From: Octopus sinensis
Taxonomy: Eukaryota
Reading direction: 5' to 3'
Length of the DNA: 64,000 bases
Assembly: GCF_006345805.1 (NCBI RefSeq)
Contig: NC_043018.1
Location: forward strand, 29,450,001 to 29,514,000
Part shown: positions 25,086 through 37,538 of the stretch, piece by piece
Position numbering within the stretch: the stretch's first letter is position 1
Layout of the letters: each line of letters opens with the position of its first letter
Position numbers and translations under genes: made by a program
Notes under the pieces: model-generated
The model's input: only the letters and a program-made list of their open reading frames with translations
Database searches by the model: none
What the model was told of the DNA's origin: nothing

Positions 25086-25789
25086 GAAGAGAAATACGGT
25101 GAGAGGGAGATGTGCGTAGGTTTAATGAGCATTAGAGGCGCGAAATAAATGTATCAATGTTGAAAGGTTTTATAAGCAAATGATTTGGTATGTAAATGTA
25201 TGCACATGTATTTATGAATATATATAAGGCGTATACCTCTGTACCTATATGTAAAAACACACACACAACAATGTTTATATATATATATATATATTCTTGC
25301 GTATTTAGAAAGAGAGAGTGTAAGTGAGAAAGACAACACAGAGCGTCATTAAAACTGTTTGAATAGCTTTATTGTGACAACAAAATATGTTTGTTGAAAG
25401 GCCACCAAACCAAACACGCACATACTTACCTACACATATGTAAATACCTCTGAGCATGTATATATATATATATATATATATATACTCTATATGCAATAAA
25501 ACACGCGTACTCATATAAGTGACTTTATTTATGTACAATCACATACAAACATGTTTCGTGTAGTATAAATCATATTTTGTTTGCGAAATCGATTTCCATA
25601 TCAATTTATCTACCTGTACTATCTGTATTATATGCAGAGCTATCACAATACGTATAGATATAATATTGGCTCAATATATGCATATACAGTCGATATATTG
25701 TTTCTAGCGCAATATTTCCTACAATGGAATATGAGGACAACAATAGCAACATTTTTTAAAATTATTATTATTATTATTATTTTTTTTTT

Positions 25790-26512
25790 TCTTATACACA
25801 TTTCATAGTATACAATATGGTAAGGTTAATTGAAGGTATTGTGTCTACCGGGGTTTTATACTGTTTGTCAAATCATATGAAGGACCTCAGACAGACAGTA
25901 CTTTTACGCAATATTCGTGCAGTTCCAAGTAATGCCGTCTTTTGCAATACACCTAGATTGTAGGGTATTTCTAAAGTTAAGGGTATTTTTCAGACTGAGT
26001 GGTATTGAACCCAGGTTCTCCGATGGTAATTACGATAACGTTTATATTTAACTCTCTCAATTCTCAGGTTTCCATATTTATCAACCTTTTGTCTGTCTTT
26101 CATCATATGTTGATCTCCTGGCACTGACACATCAATTATTCGACACTCTTGTTTGTCTCTTCCGAAGGTAAGCATATCCGGCTTTCGGCGCTCTAATACC
26201 TTGTCTGTATGGAAGTCAAAATCCCAGAGGATTTTTGCCCACCTCTTTTCGTCCATTACCTTTTCCGGTGTATGTTGATACCAAGCACCCGTAACCGCAT
26301 ATCCATACTTACAGGAGTAGCCAGTGAAGGTTTTGTACTACCCTATCGTGTCTACACTTGTACTCTTTCTGCGCAAGACTTTCCCAAGCAGTAAAATCTG
26401 AATCACGCTTTCGACCCTCTTCCCGCATATTCTGCAGAGGTCTTTGCACCTGTGTGGTAAATATTTTTTCACTGAGTTAGTATTCAATGCCTGGTCCTGG
26501 GCAGCAATATTT
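25790..26512 (-). mobile_element. R4/Dong-like RLE retrotransposon 3' fragment, degenerate
   Basis: IAAQDQALNTNSVKK..CRICGKRVE..RHDRV..LHW..WYQHTPEKV..KILWDFDFHTDKVLERRKPD..IIDVSVPGD..KY..LQKTALLGTARILRK (CCHC region plus PD-(D/E)xK nuclease); an A run and (TAA)n follow at 25762-25790. Confidence 0.88.
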
Positions 26513-26618
26513 GCTGTAGCTCATCGTTTATACCAAGACAAAACAATGCACATCATAACACTTCCAATCAGTTAAGATCAGAAGTCATGAAAGCCATTGC
26601 TTGGTACTGCATCAAGGC
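26506..26618. mobile_element. Element X, terminal 113 bp only
   Basis: Matches the right end of 26798-27351. Confidence 0.85.
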
Positions 26619-26797
26619 TACGTTCTGAGTTCAAATTCCGCCGACGTCGACTGTCTTTCATCATTTTGGTATCGATAAAATAAATAGCAGTTGAGTACTG
26701 GGGTCGATGCAGTCGACTTACCCCATCCCCCAAATTGCTATCCTTATGCGAAAGTTTGAAATTATGATTATTATTATTATTATTTATTATTATTATT

Positions 26798-27351
26798 GAG
26801 TGAGAGAGCAGTGCATGCCATCAAAGTGACACTGGGGTAAAATATACGAAGCCCAGTATACCCATCATGACTACCCGTCTGATAAGGGTACACTAGGCAC
26901 ATGCATCACAACCATATGTGCGCGACATGGTGATCTCATATCAAAATAAACAGCACATGACCTTGCAGGTGGGGCCCAGTTAGAATTTTCTTCATGTCGA
27001 GTAACCCATCCCAATCGAAAGGTCCCTGAATAAGGCTTGTTTAAGGATGTTGAACGAAACACCCATGTTTCCAGAGGTGAATTATTCAAACCCCAAAGAA
27101 TCCCTCTCAACACATGACTATGATGCTCCCCCACTACTTCTGCTCGTGATCAGAGATGCACATATCGTCAGCCACTAAGGGACATGCTCAAATGGTTAAA
27201 GTCAAACAACTGACAAGCAAATCTGTGGTATTGAGCAGAATATTTGCTGTAGCCCATCTTTTATACCAAGACAAAACAATGTACATGATAACACTTCCAA
27301 TCAGTTAAGATCAGAAGCCATGAGAGCCACTGCCTGGTACTGCATCAGGGC
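26798..27351. mobile_element. Element X copy 1: 554-bp ORF-less repeat bounded by (ATT)n
   Basis: Highly similar to 30813-31362 with the same boundaries. Confidence 0.88.
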
Positions 27352-27387
<36 letters not shown>

Positions 27388-27409
27388 CATTATTATTATT
27401 ATTATTATA

Positions 27410-27457
<48 letters not shown>

Positions 27458-27460
<3 letters not shown>

Positions 27461-29052
27461 TAGTTTAATTTTTATCTCGTGCTTTCACTGTACTACCGAG
27501 CGCAGCACTCTGTGCTTTGAGTACGTGCTGTGGTTTGATTTGGTGTAATTTTCACTGTATTGAAAGTGCTTTACGTAGGATGTGCGCGGTGCCTAAATAG
27601 TGCTATTTTCTGTATGTTATATATACTTTCTGTATGTTATATATACTTGTAAGTCCGGAATGTTTTCTTTTATCACACCAAATGCACCCACTATAATTGG
27701 AACTTTCTTTTTTAGGGTCCACATTCGAGTTACCTCTATTTCCAGATCTTTGTATTTTGAAGGTTACTCTGTTTCTTTTAGAAGAACGTTGGTATTGATA
27801 TATCGATTAGAAAGCACTTTTTCTTGGTGATCTCTGACAACTATATCCGGCTTATTAGCCTCCATTTCTCTGCGTGTATTGGCATATCTCAGAGAATAGT
27901 TGCTTCCTCATTTACTGTGACCTTTTCTTGGGTGTGTCTTTACCATCTTTTTTTCTGTTGTCATTCCTAGTGTTGGCATAGCTTACACTGTTATAGATTC
28001 CAACTCTGCCTTGTTGGAATATATTCCTTCTTAGATAGGGCTGGGAAGTCAGAAAAAATATTATTTATTGTTTATTGTCCCTCACTACATATTCTGCAAT
28101 TACTTGTATTTCTTTTCATTACATGATTTTAGTGATTTCTGGTGGGAAGGCTTTGATCTTGTGCTGTCGTTAGAAATCCTTCAGGCTCTACTTTGAGTCC
28201 TGAGCTTCTCAGCCATTGTTGGGATTTTGCTTTATTTCTTTTCTGTTTAGTTTTATCCAATATTTGATATGAAGGGGCTTTTCTGCTATTATTTTATCAA
28301 TCTGTTGCTGTTCCAGTTTTTGGTTTGAATTTCATTTGTTTTACAGATTTTCTTCTTTTTTTTTCTTTTCCGTCATAGTCGTTAGGTTCTATGATTTCCT
28401 TTTTTGCATTTGTCAGCTTCCTTAAAGACTAAAAACAGTTTGTTTTGTTCGTGTTTTGTGACTATCCGTATTAGTTTTCTTTGCTTCTGAAGTAAGTATA
28501 ACTCTAATCCTATGGTGATTATTTTGTAATAGTTTTCTAGCTGTATCAAACCTATACCACTATCAATACGTTAAATGTAAATCATTCTATGTCAGATTTT
28601 GGGTTGTGCTTCCTGAATTGTCATTATATTTTTTGCCTTCCTATCTATTTTGATTAGTTCATTTAGATTCAAGTTAAGAATATTGTAGCTGTAACTTATA
28701 ACTGGGATTGTTAGTGTTGATACCTATTATCTTGTTTTTAGCATTGAGCTTTGTTTTCAGTATTAATCTAACTCGTCTACAGTATACCTTTCTTATCTTC
28801 TTTCATTTTGGAGTTTTGTATCTAGTTCATTGATTCCTAAGTATTTGTATGTCTGATTTTGGTCTATTTTTTCTTATCTAGTGTGGTGTTGTTACTCTTA
28901 ACTAGTTTTCCTCTTTGACACATTTTCTAAGCCAAATTTCATGCTTATTTCTTTAGTAAATGTACTGCCTGTAGTAATGTTTCCAGCAGTTTTTTTATCA
29001 TTTATCATTTGCAGCATACAGTTTTAAATCAAACATATACAAGACACAGTTG
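27458..29052 (-). mobile_element. R4/Dong-like element, 5'-truncated at the RT active-site region, copy a
   Basis: LYMFDLKLYAAND (YMDD region), MKFGL, YKYLGINE, RVRLILKTKLNAKNKIIGIN, IKIDRKA, EANKPDIVVRD, IIVGAFG, QKIAL..GTAHILRKALSIQ*; many stops and frameshifts; (TAA)n on both sides. Confidence 0.9.
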
Positions 29053-29071
29053 ATTATTATTATTATTATTA

Positions 29072-29106
<35 letters not shown>

Positions 29107-29128
29107 CATTATTATTATTATTATTATA

Positions 29129-29176
<48 letters not shown>

Positions 29177-29179
<3 letters not shown>

Positions 29180-30773
29180 TAGTTTAATTTTTATCTCGTG
29201 CTTTCACTGTACTACCGAGCGCAGCACTCTGTGCTTTGAGTACGTGCTGTGGTTTGATTTGGTGTAATTTTCACTGTATTGAAAGTGCTTTACGTAGGAT
29301 GTGCGCGGTGCCTAAATAGTGCTATTTTCTGTATGTTATATATACTTTCTGTATGTTATATATACTTGTAAGTCCGGAATGTTTTCTTTTATCACACCAA
29401 ATGCACCCACTATAATTGGAACTTTCTTTTTTAGGGTCCACATTCGAGTTACCTCTATTTCCAGATCTTTGTATTTTGAAGGTTACTCTGTTTCTTTTAG
29501 AAGAACGTTGGTATTGATATATCGATTAGAAAGCACTTTTTCTTGGTGATCTCTGACAACTATATCCGGCTTATTAGCCTCCATTTCTCTGCGTGTATTG
29601 GCATATCTCAGAGAATAGTTGCTTCCTCATTTACTGTGACCTTTTCTTGGGTGTGTCTTTACCATCTTTTTTTCTGTTGTCATTCCATAGTGTTGGCATA
29701 GCTTACACTGTTTATAGATTCCAACTCTGCCTTGTTGGAATATATTCCTTCTTAGATAGGGCTGGGAAGTCAGAAAAAATATTATTTATTGTTTATTGTC
29801 CCTCACTACATATTCTGCAATTACTTGTATTTCTTTTCATTACATGATTTTAGTGATTTCTGGTGGGAAGGCTTTGATCTTGTGCTGTCGTTAGAAATCC
29901 TTCAGGCTCTACTTTGAGTCCTGAGCTTCTCAGCCATTGTTGGGATTTTGCTTTATTTCTTTTCTGTTTAGTTTTATCCAATATTTGATATGAAGGGGCT
30001 TTTCTGCTATTATTTTATCAATCTGTTGCTGTTCCAGTTTTTGGTTTGAATTTCATTTGTTTTACAGATTTTCTTCTTTTTTTTTCTTTTCCGTCATAGT
30101 CGTTAGGTTCTATGATTTCCTTTTTTGCATTTGTCAGCTTCCTTAAAGACTAAAAACAGTTTGTTTTGTTCGTGTTTTGTGACTATCCGTATTAGTTTTC
30201 TTTGCTTCTGAAGTAAGTATAACTCTAATCCTATGGTGATTATTTTGTAATAGTTTTCTAGCTGTATCAAACCTATACCACTATCAATACGTTAAATGTA
30301 AATCATTCTATGTCAGATTTTGGGTTGTGCTTCCTGAATTGTCATTATATTTTTTGCCTTCCTATCTATTTTGATTAGTTCATTTAGATTCAAGTTAAGA
30401 ATATTGTAGCTGTAACTTATAACTGGGATTGTTAGTGTTGATACCTATTATCTTGTTTTTAGCATTGAGCTTTGTTTTCAGTATTAATCTAACTCGTCTA
30501 CAGTATACCTTTCTTATCTTCTTTCATTTTGGAGTTTTGTATCTAGTTCATTGATTCCTAAGTATTTGTATGTCTGATTTTGGTCTATTTTTTCTTATCT
30601 AGTGTGGTGTTGTTACTCTTAACTAGTTTTCCTCTTTGACACATTTTCTAAGCCAAATTTCATGCTTATTTCTTTAGTAAATGTACTGCCTGTAGTAATG
30701 TTTCCAGCAGTTTTTTTATCATTTATCATTTGCAGCATACAGTTTTAAATCAAACATATACAAGACACAGTTG
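29177..30773 (-). mobile_element. R4/Dong-like element, copy a' (near-identical tandem duplicate of 27458-29052)
   Basis: Offset 1719-1721 bp; the only differences I found are two 1-bp indels (near 27967 and 27991). Confidence 0.92.
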
Positions 30774-30812
<39 letters not shown>

Positions 30813-31362
30813 GAGTGAGCGAGCAGAGCATGCCATCGAAGTGACACTGGGGTAAAATATACGAAGCCCAGTATACCCATCATGACTACCCGTCTGATAA
30901 GGGTACACCAGGCACATGCATCACAACCATATGTGCGCGACATGGTGATCTCATATCAAGATAAACAGCACATGACCTTGCAGGTGGAGCCCAGTTAGAA
31001 TTTTCTTCAGATCGAGTAACCCATCCCGCTCAAAAGGTCCCTGAATAAGGCTTGTTTAAGGATGTTGAACGAAACACCCATGTTTCCAGAGGTGAATTAT
31101 TCAAACCCCAAAGAATCCCTCTCAACACATAACTATGATGCTCCCCCACTACTTCTGCTCGTGATCAGAGATGCACATATCGTCAGCCACTAAGGGACAT
31201 GCTCAACTGGTTAAGGTCAAACAACTGACAAGCAAATCTGTGGTATTGAGCAGAATATTTGATGTAGCCCATCTTTTATACCAAGACAAAACAATGTACA
31301 TGATAACACTTCCAATCAGTTAAGATCAGAAGCCATGAGAGCCACTGCCTGGTACTGCATCA
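30813..31362. mobile_element. Element X copy 2
   Basis: As copy 1; (ATT)n on both sides. Confidence 0.88.
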
Positions 31363-31395
<33 letters not shown>

Positions 31396-31398
<3 letters not shown>

Positions 31399-31580
31399 TA
31401 GTTTTATTTTTATAGCGTGCTTTCACTTTTTATAGCGTGTTTTCACTTCACTACCGAGCTCTGTGTGCCTTGGGTATGTGCTGTGATTTGTTGTGATGCT
31501 CTGATGGTTATTGTATGGAAAGTGCTCTGCGTAGGATGTGTGCAGTGCCTAGTAGTGCAATTTTCTGTATGATATATGTT
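31396..31580 (-). mobile_element. R4/Dong-like extreme 3' end, independent copy b
   Basis: YIIQKIALLGTAHILRRALSIQ* plus a 3' UTR ending aaaactactg-(aat)n, diverged from copy a. Confidence 0.88.
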
Positions 31581-31611
31581 ATTATCATTATTATTATTAT
31601 CATTATTATTA

Positions 31612-31662
<51 letters not shown>

Positions 31663-31776
31663 GTATTATTATTATCATTATCATCATTATTATTATTATT
31701 ATTATTATCATCATCATTATTATTATTATTATTAGTAGTAGTAGTAGTAGTAGTATTAGTATTATTATTATCATCA

Positions 31777-31816
<40 letters not shown>

Positions 31817-31946
31817 CATTATTATTATTATTATTATTATTATCATTATTATTATTATTATTGTTATTATTATTATTATTATTATTAATATTAATATAAT
31901 TATTATTATTATCATTATTATTATTATCATTATTATTATTATTATA
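31581..31946. repeat. ~365-bp (ATT)n microsatellite
   Basis: Direct reading. Confidence 0.95.
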
Positions 31947-31949
31947 TGA

Positions 31950-32870
31950 GAACTCACAGCTTATTATGCTGAGTATGATGGAAAGTGTCAGCTGTCCACA
32001 GCCAGCAGACTAAGGTGACACTTGTTTACTGGTCATGCTTCATGAAACCTGCGAATAATTCTTGCAGTTCGAAACAATGCTGATTTACTTTTGTCGGTGT
32101 GCTATCTTCACCCTTGCGCCGATTATTTTCAACCATGTTGGTAGTTGTGTGCTGATACTTCCAAGTGCACAAATAACTATTGGTATCCCGTCTACTCTCT
32201 TCATTGTCCACAACCTTCATATTTCCCACTTTAAATCGTCGTAGTTGTTTATTTTTTCTTCTTTCATATTGATCCTGCTATCACCGGAGCATGCTATGTC
32301 GATTATCATACATGTTCTTTCCTTTTTTTTACCACAACAATGTCAGCTTACCTATTTCTGGTCAGGTGATTACACTGGATTTTGCAGTTCTCATTTTCGG
32401 TGACTCCTTCTGAGGCTTGTTCATACCACGTCTTTGCTTTTTTGTGGGCCGCGATTTCCGCAGAGATCCCAATGGATTCTTCTTGCCACGTTGTCATAGC
32501 GTTGTTTGTACTCGCGCTTGCCAATTTCGGGCATTCGATAACGATGTGCCATACCTTTTCACCCCTCTCCCCACACCTTCTGCATTACTGTAATCCTATG
32601 GTGATTATTTTGAAATAGTTTTCTAGCCGTATCAGGCCTCTCTACCACCTTTAATATACTGTATATATAACCTTTTGATGACATATTTTGTGTGGTGCAT
32701 CCTGAATCCTGTCATTATTTTCCTTGCTCTCCTATCTATTTTGATTAGTAGTTTGCTATTGGTAGTGTTGTCAATAGTGCACTTCATATAATTAGTCCTT
32801 AAAGCTTGTTCCTTAGCTGCGCATATGAGTGCTTCTGTCCATTTCAGGTCACTCCTTCTCATCCATAGCT
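31950..32870 (-). mobile_element. Second R4-type RLE fragment containing a misplaced RT-thumb segment
   Basis: RRSDLK..EALICAA.EQALRTNY..DNTTNS [insert] CRRCGERGEKVWHIVIECPKLA..DIVVV..IIDIAC..YDDLKWEI..IPIVICALG. Confidence 0.82.
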
Positions 32871-32905
32871 ACTGGTCCTCAGAATGAAATGACAAGATAT
32901 ATAAC

Positions 32906-32959
<54 letters not shown>

Positions 32960-33129
32960 TACAGATATATATACATATATACACACATATATATGTGTGT
33001 GTATGTATATATGTATGTATATATATGTGTATATATATATATACACATATATATATATAAAGTATACACAGTATACAATATAACAAAGAAAAGAATTATA
33101 CATAGTATACAACAGCAAAGCGAAGGAAA

Positions 33130-34660
33130 GGACAAAAATGCTGGGGTGGTACGTGTGGGCTCCTAAGGATAATCGAGATCTCTCTGAATACCAAAGGCAA
33201 ATGCTTTCAAATTCCTGTTATCTGACTCATTGTTCAGTACTTAGAACGGTACCATTCACTGTTACCATTTTTGTGACTTTCATCCACCTTTCAGTAAACT
33301 CACTCGCGGACGGCATTTCCCTCTCCATTCGTACTTCGTTTTTCAAGTGAAATTTGAAAATGTCGATGATGGTTATACCAAAGATGAACGCCTGTGTACT
33401 CATGCTTTTGAATCTCGTCCACCGGACAATCTTTTTCTTCGCGACCGAACGACGCCATCTTCCTGTCCAAGTGCTCAGCCGCAAACCCACCGACTTGTCG
33501 GCGTAGATTTTTGGACCCTGCAACCGACTTATATAGTTTTAGAATTTTGCTGTCTCCAACTAGGAAGCATTTGACGTGAATTCGTCTGTGTAGGCCGACA
33601 CTGCCTTCTATGTGCCAGTTCGAAAGTTAGGCCCCTCGAGTGTTCCGTCGTATGCAGCAGTCGATCCAGAGTGAGTAGGTATAGAAGAGGCGAGAGAAGG
33701 CAACTCTGCTGACCGAGAATGCGATGTGAAACGGTTCCGATAGGTGGCCGTTAACTTTAAGCACCGATGGCTGACGCTATCCAATGCTTTGGATTGATCC
33801 AAATTGATCAGAGCCCCACTGAAACAAGCTTTAGTCCCATCTCTCTATGATGTATCGTATAATGTGGCGTTTCTCGTGTATAGACCTATTCGGAATTGTA
33901 CAAATTTGCGCTTCACCAACCAGACTACTGACGTGAAGTGCCAACCTTTTCACTAACAGTGGCTAAAACCTTACACTATGTTTAGGAAAGTTATGGGCCG
34001 AAAATTTCCTATCACGTCCCCTCTGTCCTTTCACAGCAGCGTCACTACACCCCTATTAAGAGCATGAGAAATTCTCCTGTTGTGCTACCAGTGGCAGAAG
34101 ATATTTGTCAAGCGGCCGCCAAACAAATCTATAGAATTCATAGGTCAGACTATCGAAACCAGGCAATTTTCGACTTGCGCAATCACTCATCGCTCTCTGT
34201 ATCTTAATTGTCGTTAAAGGCTTTTTCACAACTTCACGTCTGCTACTAAGAGCCGCAGCAGACCGCCCTGCTACGAAATGAGGTCGCCTACCATCGTCAC
34301 CCTTTCAGAAAAGCCGTGCAAAATTCTGCTAGAAAGCCGCATGCATCTGTTCGGAACTGAGGAGCATGTGCCTGCCCCGATCCATTCAAAACCTGTTTCG
34401 TGGATTTGCTGTCACATCGCCTCTCTACCATTCGTGCTTTTGTTATTTCGTGTTTGAACGCACATACCCTAGCTCTGACAAAGCAGCCTTCGGGTTTCGC
34501 CTAAAAAAGAAAAAAAATGGCCAAAGGCCATTTTCGCTGCTAGCACGTCCGTCACAATGATTTTTCTAATCGCCTCTTTTAGTTTGCTAATAATAACTGT
34601 TGAAATATAGCCAGTTTCAGCAATGTCGTCGAAATCACTAATAGTTACCCTCACGATTAA
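33130..34660 (-). mobile_element. Old, internally deleted Tx1/L1-clade element
   Basis: PGFDSLTYEFY, NFRPITFLN, PNRSI, LDQSKALDSVSH, QQSCLLSPLLY, SAYTD, then a jump near 33455 to a C-terminus homologous to the 19215 ORF (FKFHLKNEVRMER..ERW). Confidence 0.85.
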
Positions 34661-35269
34661 TTATCATAATTAGTAAGCAGTCATCTGTCATCGACGTCAT
34701 CATCATTATTATTAATGATCATCGTCATCACCATTATTATCGTCATTAATATTTTCAGTACAACCATTGTCTCATCATGACTAAATTGAATCAACTTCAG
34801 CACCAAAAGCTGAAGTGGTAACAACAGCTCTTCCGCTATCAATAACAACATCAACCACGACAACAGCATGAACAACAATAACAGGAAATAATAACAGAAA
34901 AAATTTAAATTTTTCAAAGTGTTCAAAAACAGTTTTTAAACTATAATTATAAAGAACAAGTGCACGACCCGTTGTTTTATGCGAGAACAAAGTATATATT
35001 CGTTTTTATCTGCATTTGTTCCTATATACATTGTTCAAGACAAATCACAGACAGGAAATTTTGGCAATCAAACAATATCTGAGTTTACATTTTTTTTTTT
35101 GTGAATTTGACATTTTCAGAATGGGGATGGCTATGAGGTTCTTTTGTACCCGTTCTTCATTCATAGCAAAATCTTATAAAATTTATTTTTAAATATCTGT
35201 GGGAAAATAATAATTCAAGTATGGTCAGTGACTGTGAGTTGACAAGGTTACATGTGTATTGGGTGAGAG

Positions 35270-35490
35270 ATCGAGCTAATAGCGATAGAGCGATAGATAC
35301 ATAGAGCAATAAATAGATAGAGCATTAAATAGATAGAGTGATAGATAGATCGATAGATAGATAGAGTGATAGATAGATAGATCGATCGATAGATAGACGG
35401 AAAGAGGTGATGTATCGATGGATAGATGGATACACAGGCAGATAGTTTGATAAATAAATGGTTATATAGATACCTTGATAGATAGATACA
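35270..35490. repeat. Degenerate (GATA)n microsatellite
   Basis: Direct reading. Confidence 0.9.
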
Positions 35491-35847
35491 TAGCACTTCT
35501 TATGGTAAAAATTGCAACATATTACAATTTATCAGAGAAAAAAAATATTTATTCGAAAGTTCTATTATGAGAAATATAAAGAACTAAGATTCATCAATTT
35601 TTCCCCTCTCGTTACAAATTTACATGACGTAGATTGCAGAAAAGAAAAGCGAGGTGAGAGGTCACAGTAAAAAAAGTAAAGCAGTGACAGAACGCTGCAC
35701 CTGCGCCGATGATTTTTCATTGTCTTATTACACGTTCTTTGGAAGCTGAAGTGGGCAGTGCCAGCGAGTCGTCTAAGCAACATACACACATACATACATA
35801 CATACATACATACATGCATACATACATACATACATACATACATACAT

Positions 35848-36428
35848 GTGATTAGTAGCTACCTTAAAATGTCACGGTGCTACCTCCCTATGCAGCACGA
35901 TGTTGTTGCTAAAACAATTTACAATGCCATCCACAAAAATGACACCAGAATTGAATACAAAATCCCTATGTTATTGAATACATTCATAAAAACCAAACCA
36001 AGGAGTACTGATGGATTATTCCCATCAAATCCACTCTTAGATATAAACGTAGCACACCGGATATTGTTTGAGATGTAAATGTCTCTTTGAAAATCAAAGA
36101 AAAACGGGATATCTATAGACAACTGCTTTGAAACCTCCAGCTTCTTTATCCAGACTATGAATTCATATCAATAATAATTGGAGCACTAGGTTATGTATGT
36201 AAATGATTAAAGGAGAACCTGGATAAACTGGTAAGGGATTATCAGAAAGAGAAATCGACCGGCTGATTCGTACATTACAATTGCAATCTATGGAACAGTA
36301 AAAAATATGCAAGAGTTTTCTCAAGTTCCAAATGTGAATTTGTCTGTGTTAAGATGGAGCTTTGTATCTTTGTTGGAAACCGGCTCCTTCCTCAGTGGAT
36401 GATTTATAGTAATTAAAAAACAGAAGAC
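35848..36428 (+). mobile_element. RLE-type non-LTR retrotransposon 3' fragment in (ATAC)n, copy 1
   Basis: HVISS..KMS..YLPMQHDVVAK..DVNVSLKIKEKRDIYRQLL.NLQLLYPDYEFISIIIGALG..LQLQS..GTVKICKSFLKF; ATAC repeats at 35781-35847 and from 36429. Confidence 0.85.
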
Positions 36429-36612
36429 ATACACATACGCACATACATACATGCATACACATTTAGATATACATATAAGGAGGTAGAAGAGAGGATGTCG
36501 CGAATCAAATCAGAAGCTGTGTTAGAGAGAAAGATTTCAATAAATTATACTAATGATTGTAATTGCTTTTAAGAGAATTTTGTGGACGCTTTTATATTTT
36601 GTCATCTTATCG

Positions 36613-36830
36613 AAGAAGAGGAAGAAGAAGAACAAGAAGAACAAGAAAAAGAAGAAAAAGAAAAAGACGAAAAGAAGAAGAAGAAGAAGAAGAAGAAAAG
36701 AAGAAGAAGAAGAAGAAGAAGAAGAAGAAGAAGAAGAAGAAGACGAAGAAGAAGAAGAAGAAGAAGAAGAAGAAAAGAAGAAGAAGAAGAAGAAGAGCAA
36801 CAACAACATGAACAGCAGCAACAACAAAGC
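36613..36830. repeat. (GAA)n then (CAA)n microsatellite
   Basis: Direct reading. Confidence 0.93.
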
Positions 36831-37259
36831 AACAACAGCAAATGTCGGACAGAATAACGAGTGTTTTTTGTTTCTTTTTTGTAAGAAACGATTTCTGGAA
36901 ATAATGTTTCTAAGAAATGTTCTATCAGATAAAACATAACAACAACATAAGTCATATATGAAATACCAGACATGAATGATGATGATGAAAACGATGATGG
37001 TGATGATGAGAATGAGGATGGAATTGGTGGTATGGACAGCAGTGAATATGATCGTTGTGATGGCGTTACTGACGACGCAATAGTGACAGTGGTAGTGATC
37101 GTAATGTTGTTTGATGATAGTACGTAAAGCTAACAATAATGATGGTGGTGGTGGTGGTACAGTTATTAATGGTGATGGTGATCATGTTGCATGCTGATAA
37201 ATTTTATATATATATATAAATACCAGTTTATTTGTTATAAGTATACACAGACAACTCAA

Positions 37260-37306
<47 letters not shown>

Positions 37307-37333
37307 GACTAAACAATATATAATAAATAAAAA

Positions 37334-37434
37334 GACTACGTACGTTTCGTGGCTATAAATTGAATTCGAATTACAATTAAATTTAGATTTAATCAAAAAA
37401 CAATTTAATTGAAAGTAGAGTGACTCCTCAGGTC
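37334..37434 (-). ncRNA. Type I hammerhead-ribozyme-like motif with intact core
   Basis: Minus strand gac-CTGAGGA-gt..(long AT-rich stem II)..ac-GAAAC-gtac-GTA-gtc. Confidence 0.6.
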
Positions 37435-37538
37435 AACAATAATAACAATGATAGTTAAATAAATAATCAAATAGAATTAAACAATATTTCTTAAAGAAAT
37501 ATGATTATTATATATATACCTAATCCTATACCTAATCC

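Noticed and set aside
26761-31950. Repeat-spacer architecture resembling CRISPR
   Set aside because: The spacers are recognisable retroelements and the repeats are simple ATT tracts; it is reported as a landing pad instead.
36537-37136. Poly-K/E/R/S ORFs
   Set aside because: Products of the (GAA)n/(CAA)n tract; no splice or domain support.
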